From: Streblomastix strix
Lineage: Eukaryota
Reading direction: 5' to 3'
DNA length: 45,913 nt
Assembly: GCA_008636045.1 (NCBI GenBank)
Contig: SNRW01000011.1
Span: forward strand, 1 to 45,913
The position numbers were made by a program, and so were the translations under genes. Each line of letters begins with the position of its first letter. The stretch's first letter is position 1. Of the stretch, positions 1 through 10,762 are shown piece after piece. The notes under the pieces are model-generated. The model saw nothing but the letters and a program-made list of their open reading frames with translations, did not search any database and was not told the origin of the DNA.

Positions 1-1
1 A

Positions 2-292
2 GAAGAGGATCGAGATAAACCACTCTGGTGGCGACCTAAGAACAAGAAGGTTTCATCTTATGAATATCTCTCCAAAGTTGTTCACATTATCATGCAAGCA
101 TTGGGGGTAAAGAGAGGGAATTCAGTTACTTCAATACGTAAATCTTCAATCACAAAAAGTATTGATCAAGGAGCTACAATCCCAGAGATCAATAGAGCTT
201 CTAGACATAAAGATGGGCCTAGCACTGTAGCAGTACATTATGATATGAATTTAAATGACATAGTGAGAGAGAGACTGACAAACTTTGAATGA
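2..292 (+). CDS. Tyrosine recombinase C-terminus (partial, DIRS-like retroelement type)
   Basis: The frame is open from the window edge: ...PLWWRPKNKK...IMQALGVKRGNSVTSIRKSSITKSIDQGATIPEINRASRHKDGPSTVAVHYDMNLND...TGA. It carries the box II pattern (T/H)SIR...RH...HY with the catalytic Tyr. Confidence 0.8.
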   Translation, partial: EEDRDKPLWWRPKNKKVSSYEYLSKVVHIIMQALGVKRGNSVTSIRKSSITKSIDQGATIPEINRASRHKDGPSTVAVHYDMNLNDIVRERLTNFE

Positions 293-311
293 TGATCAAG
301 TCTCAGAATAT

Positions 312-402
312 AAAGGTAGTCCAGATTAAATGGATGCTAGATAATCTCGTAATGAAATGGAGAGGTTATCGTAGCTATCCGCGTATCTGGAGTACTACCT
401 TT
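312..402 (+). other. Long imperfect stem-loop just downstream of the YR stop
   Basis: AAAGGTAGT-CCAGAT..GGAT-GCTA-GATAATCTC [13-nt loop] pairs with GAGGTTATC-TAGC-ATCC..ATCTGG..ACTACCTTT, about 32 pairs including one G-U. Confidence 0.75.
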
Positions 403-826
403 TTCCCACCTCATGAACTTCATCCTCCTCCAAATATGTACCTATTTACAGAAGAGTTCAGTTCATTCCCTCCCTACAAGTGTTTTTATTTGCAGTATTT
501 TTTGTTTATTTTGTTTAATTGAGCCACAATGATTTACATTTGACAAAGAGGACACTACACTTCTATTTGATGTATTTAATTTTTTAATTAATTAGTAATA
601 TTTTCCTCTTACATTTACTTACTTAACTCATCTATAGTCGCTCAACAATTTTAAATTTTATATATTATCTTTTAATATTAATACTATCCTTTAACCAGTC
701 TACTTTAAACGTTTTTAATATGATAAAAATGTTATTAACAATTTTTGTTCTTTACGTTTAAAGTTAAATATTAAATTGATTTTATTTATTTTAAGTAGTT
801 TAATGTTATGTTTAACACTTCGTGAA

Positions 827-1232
827 TATTTTTTCATTTATATTTTATTATTTAGTAGGGAAGTATATTATTAAATTTATTTAATCAATGAGCTTTTAAA
901 AAGTACCCAATCTACTTAAAAATTAGGAAATAAAGTTTATTGGCATAATGAATTTGCCCTCGTTGAGAACAAAATTGTAAAAAAGCTTAACAGCCGACTA
1001 TTAAATGCTATATAAAGGATCCTATTCGAGTTATTCTATTGAACCTTTCACATGTAATACACGCAGCTTCACGTACTAATCAGTGAAAACGCAACAGAAA
1101 CCATAACCGAAACAAGAATGGCGCCAACTCCAACACTAAATGAATACCTTGAATCTGTATCATCACCATCATCAGCATCTTTTTCACCTGTTTCAGGATC
1201 AGTATCAGTTGGCTAAGTTTCAGTATCTGTGT

Positions 1233-1263
<31 letters not shown>

Positions 1264-2768
1264 TTTTTCTTCAGGATAGTCTGGTCATACATCATCATCA
1301 CCACGCGGGGTTGGTGTTTCGACACTGCATTCGGTGTATGTGTCAGTGACAGTTTTAGACGTGGATAAATATATGAATGTTATAAAAAAATATTAATAAT
1401 TAAATAAATAAATGAAAAAATGAAAATAATTTTATTGAAAATGTATTATGAAAATTATAATTAATTATAATAATGAGAAAATGAATATAATGAAATAAAA
1501 TATAGTAATACATATTAAAAAATTTATAAATAATTTTATTTATTATATTCAAATTAGCAAACCCAACCTTGTTATGTGCCATATAATCAATCAACATCTA
1601 CCGCATTCTATTAGTCGTGATTTTCTCCATGAACTTACTTTTATTGGCCTTATTCAATGCAGTCTGATTAATTAGGAAATATAATTATTAAAAAAAAGTA
1701 AATAAAAGAAATATTGGAAAAGTATATAAATTAATAAAAAATATGACCTATTCACATATTCAAATCAATACATATATATTTAAACCCTGACATTGATATA
1801 GTCAAAACTGGATGCAACGATTTCGTACTTCTTTGTTGGGTCAACCACGATATTGCTGTGAGTTAAGTAAGGTCCCAAAAAAGTCATCATTTCTCACAGA
1901 TTTACCCTTCACAAGATTCTTTCTTTATTTTTGATCTTTTTTTACTTATTTTTCTTCATCTTTATCAAAACTATCAAAATCACGCCACCCACATTATTCA
2001 TTATCTTATTCATCTTCATCATCTTAATTCTCATTCAATTTACGCTATGCATTGAATGCTACATTCTATCCTACAACTTTTTGCATATCTATTCCATCAA
2101 TGATTTCATTTACTTACAAAGGATCATCGAATGGATCATTAGCATATATGTCATTTAGAATGGCTTTTCTTTTATATATATCATCTGGGTTAATATATCA
2201 AAATTAAAATATAAATAAAAAATAGAATATAAATAATTTATGCAAATAAATAAAATAAAATTCACATATAAAAAAATAAGTAAAACTTTATTGAAATATC
2301 ACTTAATAAATAATTCATATAACTCCAGCATACATCTCAGCGTTGATGATCCCAGCACTGCAACTGTGATAATATCAGACTCAGCATTTGAATCATTTTT
2401 TGATTTTCTATTTGAACCTTTCTAAGCAGTTTCAGATTCAGTAGTAGTATACTAACTATATGGTCCATCATATGGCATCATTCTATCAACTAGGAAATTG
2501 TGCAATGAATGACAATTGGTGACTTATTCTGGACTCGGGCTCCTGTAGAATTGTTTTGGTGCTGTTCCAAGCTCCTATGAAAGTTGAAGTTCTGAGTATT
2601 TATCTTAAATAGCTGTTGTGATCTCTGTTCCAATTTCTGTTGCCCATGTTATATCACCCTTTTTCCCAGCAGTAGTAAACCCAGCTGCTTTGTAAAGTGC
2701 ACTTTTAGATCCATCCAAGAAAGCATTGCTAAATATTGGATCTGTATTTTGATCATCTTCAACAATAA
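827..2768. repeat. Inverted segmental duplication 1, left arm
   Basis: The reverse complement aligns along its length with 6620-8480, including exons, introns and 3' flank. Confidence 0.92.
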
Positions 2769-3803
2769 CTGATATCCTACCTACTTTATTCATATAGTAC
2801 GAGCTTTCCATTGCATATGAATACTTATCTTCTGGATCCCAGCTTTTTTTAGTTATAAACCTATGGCTGTGGCCAGTAAGTAATATCAGTGGAGTCTTGG
2901 GTAATAAGGATCTGACTTTTTGGCGAATTTATTCAACTTCGGCATTTCCTGTTGAAATATGGCATAACGCTACAACAAGGCGGATTTTCTAAGTTGGGTC
3001 AGTTGATTCATCGTTGAGTGCTTCTGTAATGTAGGGCAATGCGAGAGTATCAGCTACTTTGGTAAGCTAATCATAAATAAATAATAGTGAAAAAAATTAA
3101 ATAAAAAAAAATTAATTTATTAAACAAACAAATAAATAATATTAAACCTTCACATTAGCAGCTGCAGAACCAAGATTGTACAAGAAACCAAGAACAACAA
3201 TTCTTCCTTATTCATTGGGCAGTGAAATATTGAAATAATCATCAGTAAGTTTTTTTGTAGCGTCTGTATGCTTCACATTTCCACTAATAAATTTCCCTTA
3301 CCAATATGGAGCAAAATTGTCGGCTATTAAATCCACGCATGTTGCTGATCCGAGTTCGTGATTCCCAATACAGAGTCCGTCGTATGGTATTTTCTTTGCA
3401 ATATCAAAGATAAACTCGCCTTACGTCGGTGTGGCATCACTTAAACCTGTTCCCTAAAATTCAAAATAATGCAATAATAAAATTATTATTATTTATATAG
3501 AATGTTAGCCAGCCTATGTTAGATCTCCTGTATCAAATGCATATATTGGGTTGCTGTTAGTTGCTGAGTCTTTTACGTGACGGATGAAGTTGTAAACGTC
3601 CCCAAAATCAGCATCATAATTTTGATGGTCGTGCCCATAAATCCAACCATGAACTTAACAGAAAGAAAGAAAATTCAAATAGCTACAAGTTCATACTCTA
3701 AATAATTTTTCAAACCATCAGTGGTGTGGAGCAATGTGATGTTCAGTTTTCCAGAAACGAATCGGAGCAAAAATAGTGCGAATAAGATTGTAGAAGTTTT
3801 CAT
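1069..3803 (-). CDS. Secreted calcineurin-like metallophosphoesterase / 5'-nucleotidase (YHR202W-like), multi-exon, 3' part apparently lesioned
   Basis: Signal peptide MKTSTILFALFLLRFVSG, then motifs LHTTDVHGW, DTGDLTQGTGLSD, IGNHEL, ALCHI and LTGHSH. Introns at 3654-3715, 3454-3513 (GC donor), 3067-3147, 2185-2333 and two more downstream. It has an acidic stalk and a hydrophobic C-terminus (VGVGAILVSVMVSVAFSLIST*). Lesions: +1 in the A6 run at 1877-1882 gives TGA at 1841, an in-frame TGA at 1285-1287, and no clear AG before the last exon. Confidence 0.85.
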
Positions 3804-5219
3804 TCTTTATTATATATGATCATAAATATAAATAAATATTAAATAAATATAATTCCGTGAATATTAAAATCTAAATATATGAAGAAAACTCAAAATATTG
3901 AAATGAAAATGATAGAATATTAATTATTGAATTATTGTAATTTTATTTGAATAATATGGAAGTATGAGATTTGCAGAAACTATCAACTTTCTGTTTTTTG
4001 GACTAGTGCGTGCAGAAATGAAGATTAGACCCTACAAAAAATTTAATTTAAATTAAATTTTCAAAAATCTAGCATATGATATATTTATATGTTATTAATT
4101 TTACATTTAAATTTATTTAATCAATTTGTTAATAATGGTTTTTGACAAAATTCTGAAAAATCATCAAAAATTTTTTATAATAATTTACAATTATCCAATC
4201 TTATATCCTATCCTATCCTCCTATTCTATCCTATTCTTTATTCTTTAAAATTCGAACCTGATTGGGGCATGCAGACAATAAGAAATTTTAGATAATTAGA
4301 TTAAAATGTTAGTATCGTGCCCCGATTTTTTGTTTTTATTATTTAGAAAAAAATTGGTGCCTCCAAAAAAATCAGCTTTTTTAAAGCCAAAATCTCCAAA
4401 TTAACATGAAAAATTTTCTATAAAGGGGGTACGAAACCAGATATTGCACTATAATAATCATACTCTATGATTTAAAAATAAAAAATATAATTAGCGCAAC
4501 GCATAACAAAAAATACATTGTTTGAATAATTAAAAAAAAATTTACTTTTAATATACATCATTTAAATTTATTTTTAATAAATTTAAAATAAATTAACTTA
4601 AAATATTATTTGTTTTATATTTCAAGCAAATTGCAAACCAATAGCTAACAAAAATCAATTTTTATTTTTTTTTCACAGCTATTAGTTAACAAAATTAATT
4701 TTTAATTTCAATACTTATAAATTTTTTTATTATTTTAATTATATTAAAATCAAATTCTTACTTAATTTTTATTGACTTTTTATAAATATTTAAAATATAA
4801 AACCAAAAATTATTTATTTATATATATTATAACAATTATAGATTGTAAGAAGTTAATATAAAATCGATATTCATCGATGAATTGATGAAAAGATACATTA
4901 TCAATAGATGCAGATAAAATAAATTAAATTTGAGGTGATACATAGATTAACACAAATAATTTAAAAAGAAATAATAAATATCGATAATAATAATAATAAA
5001 TAATACATAATAATAATAATTATCAAATCATAGTCCAAACTTTAAGTTCTATCATTATAAAATTAAATATTTTCAATAGATAAATAATTGAATAAATAAT
5101 CATGAATAAATAGCAATGGTCTGAAATTGGTTTTACTATAGAATATAAATAGAAAATTTTAAATAATATTAAATAATAATAATATATTTGTCAAATCATA
5201 ACGCATAAATTAAGTTCTA

Positions 5220-5645
5220 TCATTGTTGCAAAACATTCAATTCAATTTTTGTCGCATACTAATTTGCAAAATCTGGTAAAGATGATATTATTTCGATAGT
5301 TTAGAGTTTTGACTCTAATATGGAATTTATAAACGCTATAATTATCAAAATTGGGAAAATGCGATTTATTAGTGGAACAGTTCATCCATTTAATACGATT
5401 TCTGCATCTACATCAAATAGTTTAGTATCATTTAGTTACTTATATCATCCTATTTCAGATACTCCAATAATTGCTGTAAGAAATTCAACTAATTCAATAA
5501 AAATGTATGTATCAGCAAGTAGATCAAAAATCTAAATTAATACTTTCACTTCTGCATGAACTAATATTCTCGAATTAACAATATTTGGCTGGTGGATTGC
5601 ACCATAAGGTTGAATATAATAGCCTGAAATTGTTTGATTATTCAT
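5220..5645 (-). pseudogene. Intronless hypothetical ORF (about 141 aa) with two in-frame TGA, possibly from an endogenous virus/Polinton-like element
   Basis: MNNQTISGYYIQPYGAIHQPNIVNSRILVHAEVKV...SEIG*YKQLNDTKLFDVDAEIVLNG*TVPLINRIF...LPDFANQYATKIELNVLQQ*, with internal TGA at 5445-5447 and 5382-5384. It lies head-to-head with the next ORF across a 19-bp spacer. Confidence 0.5.
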
Positions 5646-5664
5646 TTATTTTTATTGAAAATAT

Positions 5665-6744
5665 ATGTCGAACGTTTATATCGATGAAAGATTGTTAGAC
5701 ACTGCTGGTTAATCTGACTTCCCAGAATTATAAGCATATATCAAAGAACGTTATCCTAAACAACTCGAGCGACAACCACAACTTATACCTATTGGAGAAC
5801 AAACTTCAATTGCAGGTGAAAAATAAGGATGATATTATCTTTGGGTCAAATGAAGAGTTCGAGCCACCAGTGCCTAATGTTATAACGAAATTGGATTTGA
5901 GTTTATAATTAGAGCAGCATATTTCATTAAATACGGTCCATTTATCATATATAGCTTTAGAGCAAAATTGGCACAATTAAGCGCCAATTATGAACAATAA
6001 TAAAACGTACATAAATTATTCTCGACAGTCAGTAAGAAAGTACTACCACTTAATACGATATATATGCTTATTCATGATGAATAGCAAGAGTTTTCCGCTA
6101 TGGGCCTGTTCAAAGACATTTATAATAAATTGTCTGAGGTACAGGTAGCCATTAGTGGATAATTAAATATGTATGATGGTGAATTTCAAAGAACGTCTGT
6201 CTTTGATAACTATGTGATCAGCACAAACACAAACTAATCAGCATCAAATGATGCATCTAATGAATCAAGATCTACTGATTCATTCATCAACGAAGTTATA
6301 ATAAAACATGAAAAATAAATAGGATCATCACCATATCCACAATATAAGATAACAAATGTCTTTAATCAGTTTATAATTAATGAAGTTTCCAATCTATACT
6401 CTCCAGCATTTAATACGTTCTATATTGTCGTTGATGGCACTTGCAGTGTATGTGTCTTTAATCTAAACTTCGAATCTAAAAGAATAGAAGGTTTTAAAAC
6501 AAAAGAAGTAGGTCATATTCCTGATTTTGTATTACTTGCAGATGGTAAAAATTTGGGATTTCCTGCAGCAATACATAGAACGTAGGATGGAAGATGGCAT
6601 AATTATTCATAAAATTACTTTATTGTTGAAGATGATCAAAATATTGAACCAATATTTAGCAATGCTTTCTTGGATGGATCTAAAAGTGCACTTTACAAGG
6701 CAGCTGGGTTTACTACAGCCGGGGAAAAGGGTGATATAACATGA
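5665..6744 (+). pseudogene. Intronless beta-rich hypothetical ORF (virus-like) with two in-frame TGA, fused in frame to the duplicated nucleotidase exon
   Basis: MSNVYIDERLLDTAGQSDFPELQAYIKERYP...EKQG*YYLWVK*RVR...YFIKYGPFIIYSFRAKL...EVGHIPDFVLLADGKNLGFPAAI...QNYF|IVEDDQNIEPIFSNAFLDGS... The frame is unbroken by indels for about 360 codons, with TGA at 5830, 5851 and 6742. Confidence 0.6.
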
Positions 6745-8306
6745 GCAACAGATATTGGAACAGAGATATCAACAGCTATTTAAGATAAATACACAGAACT
6801 TCAACTTTCATAGGAGCTTGGAACAGCACCAAAACAATTCTACAGGAACCCGAGTCCAGAATAAGTCGCCAATTGCCAGTCATTGTACAATTTCGTAGTT
6901 GACAGGATGATGCCATATGATGGACCATATAGTTAGTATACTACTACTGAATCTTAAGTTTTTTAGAAAGGGACAAATATAAAATTATAAAAATGAATCA
7001 AATGTTGAATATGATATTATCACAGTTGCAGTGCTAAGATCATCAACACTGAGATATATATAGGAATTATATGAATTATTTATTAAATGAAATATTAATA
7101 AAGTTTTACTTATTTTTTTATATGTGAATTTTATTTTATTTATTTGCATAAATTATTTATATTCTATTTTTTATTTATATTTTAATTTTGGTATATTAAC
7201 CTAGATGATATATATAAAAGAAAAGTCATTCTGAATAACATATATGCTAATGATCCATTCGATGATCCATTGTATGTAAATGAAATCATTGATGGAATAG
7301 ATATGCGAAAAATTGTAGGATAGAATGCAGCATTCAATGCATAGCGTAAATTGAATGGGAATTAGGGTGATGAAGATGAAGATGAATAAGATAATGAAAA
7401 ATATGGGTGGCGTGATTTTGATAGTTTTGATAAAGATGAAGAATAATATGTAAAAAATGATCAAAAATAAAGAAAGAATCTTGTGAAGGGCAAATCTGTG
7501 AGAAATGATGACTTTTTGGGAACTTACTTAACTAACAGCAATATCGTAGTTGATCCAACAAAGAAGTACGAAAGCGTTGCATCCAGTTTTGACTATATCA
7601 ATGTCAGGGTTTAAATATATATGTATTCATTTAAATATGTGAATAAATCATATTAATTATTAATTTATTTGCTTTTACAATATTTCTTTTTTTTTACTTT
7701 TTTTTAATAATTATATTTCCTAATTAATCAGACTGCATTGAATAAGTTCAATAAAAGGAAATTCAAGGAGAAACTCACGACTTTTGGAATGCGGTAGATG
7801 TTTTTTGATTATATTGCACATAACTAGGTTGCGTTTGCTAATTTGAATATAAAAAATAAAATTATTTATAAATTTTTTTAATATTTATTACTATAATTTA
7901 TTTTATTATATTGATTTTCACTTTATTATATTTAATTATAATTTTCATAACACATTTTCAATAAAATTATTTTCATTTTTTCATTTATTTATTTAATTAT
8001 TAATATTTTTTTATAACATTCATATATTTATCCATATCAAAAACTGTCACTAATACAAACAACGAATGCAGTGTCGAAACACCAACCCCGCGTGGTGATG
8101 ATGATGTGAGATCAGACTATCCTGAAGAAGAAGATGATGATGGTGATGATGATGGAAATATTGATACTGAAACTAAGCTAACTGATACTGATCCTGAAAC
8201 AGGTGAAAAAGATGGTGATGATGGTGATGATGGTGATGATGGTGATGATGGTGATGATGGTGATGATGGTGATGATACAGATTCAAGGTATTCATATAGT
8301 TTTTAA
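6622..8306 (+). pseudogene. 5'-truncated duplicate of the nucleotidase gene (C-terminal half only)
   Basis: It lacks all catalytic motifs. Lesions are TGG>TGA at 6742, a +1 frameshift near 6990, an intron donor changed GT>AT near 7056, and a deletion of about 130 bp removing the hydrophobic C-terminus. Confidence 0.85.
8211..8276 (+). repeat. 9-bp tandem repeat GATGGTGAT x7 (DGD)
   Basis: Directly visible. The other arm has only about 2 units (near 1160-1180). Confidence 0.9.
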
Positions 8307-8559
8307 TAGTCGGCTGTTGAGCTTTTTTGCAATTCTGTTCTTAACGAGGGCAAATTCATTATTCCAATAAACTTTATTTCCTAATTTTTAAGTAGATTGG
8401 GTACTATTTAAAAGCTTATTGATTAAATAAATTTAATAGTACACTTCCTTACTAAATAACAAAATATAAATGAATAAATAAACATTGAATTGATGAATTT
8501 TGCATTTTACATGATTTGATTAATTATCTGAATAATGCTTCTCATTATTCATCATACTA

Positions 8560-8998
8560 CAGTAAAATCCGGCAAATTCGCACTACCATTGGCGAAAAAA
8601 ATGCGAGTGCGAATTAAGTTAATTTGCACTTTTATAAGTAAAAAAATCAAACAATTTTTTTTTAATTTTCAAAAAAATAACTATTTTTTCAATTTTTTTT
8701 AAAACTAAAAAAAGTCTTTGTATTATTGAAAATTTTATGTATGATATTGTATAAACAGTAATTTATAATAATAAACTTTAAATATTTACATTAAATATCA
8801 AAATTTTTTATAATTAATTTAAGAAAAAAAAATTATTTTTCTAAATTTATTAGGTTTTAAGTGCGAATTATAAAATTTTTGTGCGAATTATCTATAAGAA
8901 ATTAATAGAAAAACAGTGACATTCCTCAAATAATATAATAGTGCGAATTATACATATGGTGCGAATTAACCGGTGTGCGACTTAACCGGATTATACTG
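8560..8998. mobile_element. Tc1/mariner-pogo-type MITE (439 bp)
   Basis: 24-bp imperfect TIRs (CAGTAAAATCCGGCAAATTCGCAC versus reverse complement CAGTATAATCCGGTTAAGTCGCAC) are flanked by TA on both sides. Internal GTGCGAATTA repeats lie at about 8607, 8861, 8881, 8941 and 8959. There is no ORF. Confidence 0.9.
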
Positions 8999-9185
8999 TA
9001 TATCATTTTATATTAGTTTAAACTTTTCTCCTTTATTTTCTATATATAGTATTGTTTGAAAATGGCGATAGAAGATGTTTGAGCTTGAAAATTTAGTTTG
9101 AAAAATTACTATTTTTGAAGAAGATCTAAATAAAAATATATTAATAAAATATTGAAATGTGAAATAGATTTTAATTTTAATGGAT

Positions 9186-10762
9186 TAGTGTTCTGCAATT
9201 TTGCCAAAATTGCCAAAATGTAGTTTTTTTTGAATGGCGTTGTTGCCAAATAGGAAATTATTGAAAATAAAAATTAATAGAAAAAAATATACAAAAATTA
9301 ATTATAAAAACATTTATTAGTTTAAATTGTTATCTCATATAAATTTGATAATAATACATGTATTTAATATTAAAATTAATTTGATCTGGCGATTAAATAA
9401 TAAGTTTTTTTTAAAAAATTAAATTTTTAGCGATTTATTTCCATAGATAAATTATTAATAGGAGTCAATATATATGATTAGAATATATATTATAAATATA
9501 ATTATAATAAATTATAAGGACGATCATAATTATGTGTATCTATGAAGATATTGGCAGATGGCGGTGCATTTTCCACTTTGGCTAAAATTTTTAGCTTAGG
9601 CGCAATTTTGCCAAATGGTAATTTTTTCGCCAAAAGGGAAAAAAGCATTGATAAAGGCTAATTCATCGTCATTAACAATACATCTTAATTGCCTGGTAAC
9701 TCAAATCAATAGGTAACAATAAATTCTATAAAAAGATAATAATTTCAAAATAATCAATGTCATGTTGGCCTAACAAACACAATGGAAAACAAATTTTTTT
9801 TATAAACTACAAATTCATGTGTTAATTTTAATAGTCTTTATATGAAATGAAAATACATTTGTAAAATCTTTAAAAAAAAAGTTATTTCAATAAGTTATAA
9901 CCAGCTTATAACGAATAAAATGTTTAATTTACATTTTCCAATATATTCATAGTATGAATTAGTTTGCATTTTTTATATTTGGTTTATTTTCTTACTATTT
10001 AATAAATTTATACAACTTTTCAAACAAATTACCAGTTGTACATTTCAGTGTAATAATTTTTGTTTTTATCATTCATGTCATACTTTTACTTTAAATTTTA
10101 TGCTATATTAATTTAATTTGCACATTTTAAGTTCAATTATGTATAATTTAATAAATGATTTCTACTGTACATCCGGGATTTTAGTTAAGAAACTCATTTT
10201 GATAAAATTGCATATTTCTCTTAACACTTCCACTTTATATATTTATATTTATTCTGAACCTATTACGTTCTTATGAAATACCTATTAATATTACATACAA
10301 ATATAAATTTTACACACCCAGCACTTTCTGATTTTTTATATAATTTATTATTATTTTATTTTCTTGCTTTCTCAACTAAATGATTCTTTCAGTTTGTGCT
10401 GATACATATATCAGTATGTATATCATAAATGCTTTAATTTTATATTATTGAGATCTTTATATTTTGCTTATTTTACAATTACATTTCCATTTTTATTAAT
10501 TTTTTATCTTTAAAGTTCCAATAAAAACATACTCAATAAATATAATATATATGATTTGTCTTTTATTTTATTAGTATAAATGAGTTTTATATGAAAATAT
10601 TCAAAATTTCCTTAATTATACTATTAATCTTGGGAAAATTGAAATAAATAATTTTACTAAATTTTTCACCACCCCGTAAAATAATAAATTTGCCTAAAAT
10701 TTATTTTTTACTGGCAATTTCACCCGCCATAAAATAAAATTTGGCAAAATTGCATGTCACTA
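9186..10762. mobile_element. Non-autonomous hAT-superfamily DNA transposon (1,577 bp)
   Basis: TIRs are TAGTGTTCTGCAATTTTGCCAAA versus reverse complement TAGTGACATGCAATTTTGCCAAA. A perfect 8-bp TSD TAATGGAT lies at 9178-9185 and 10763-10770, and subterminal TTGCCAAA/TGGCG motifs recur. Confidence 0.92.

Larger units (their letters stand above)
1..650 (+). mobile_element. 3' portion of a YR (DIRS-like) retroelement, right boundary approximate
   Basis: An intronless YR end is followed by about 350 bp of relatively GC-richer, structured non-coding sequence before the drop to host intergenic AT content. Confidence 0.5.
6620..8480. repeat. Inverted segmental duplication 1, right arm
   Basis: Reverse-complement match to 827-2768. 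Confidence 0.92.

Noticed and set aside
285..402. Hammerhead ribozyme or SECIS in the YR 3' hairpin
   Set aside because: There is no CUGANGA/GAAA three-way core, and no convincing AUGA-GA quartet with correctly spaced apical AA.
289..522. 77-aa ORF overlapping the YR stop
   Set aside because: It has no recognisable protein features and coincides with the stem-loop and non-coding element end.
1048..1071. Two further TGAs as readthrough Trp codons after the hydrophobic tail
   Set aside because: Stopping at 1069 yields a normal GPI-signal-like terminus, so they were not counted as internal stops.
1080..1349. His-rich and Met-rich ORFs in the track
   Set aside because: These are alternative-frame and antisense readings of the (GAT)n poly-Asp stalk of the nucleotidase.
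9700..10600. Transposase remnant inside the hAT element
   Set aside because: I found no recognisable hAT motifs or sustained reading frame by eye.
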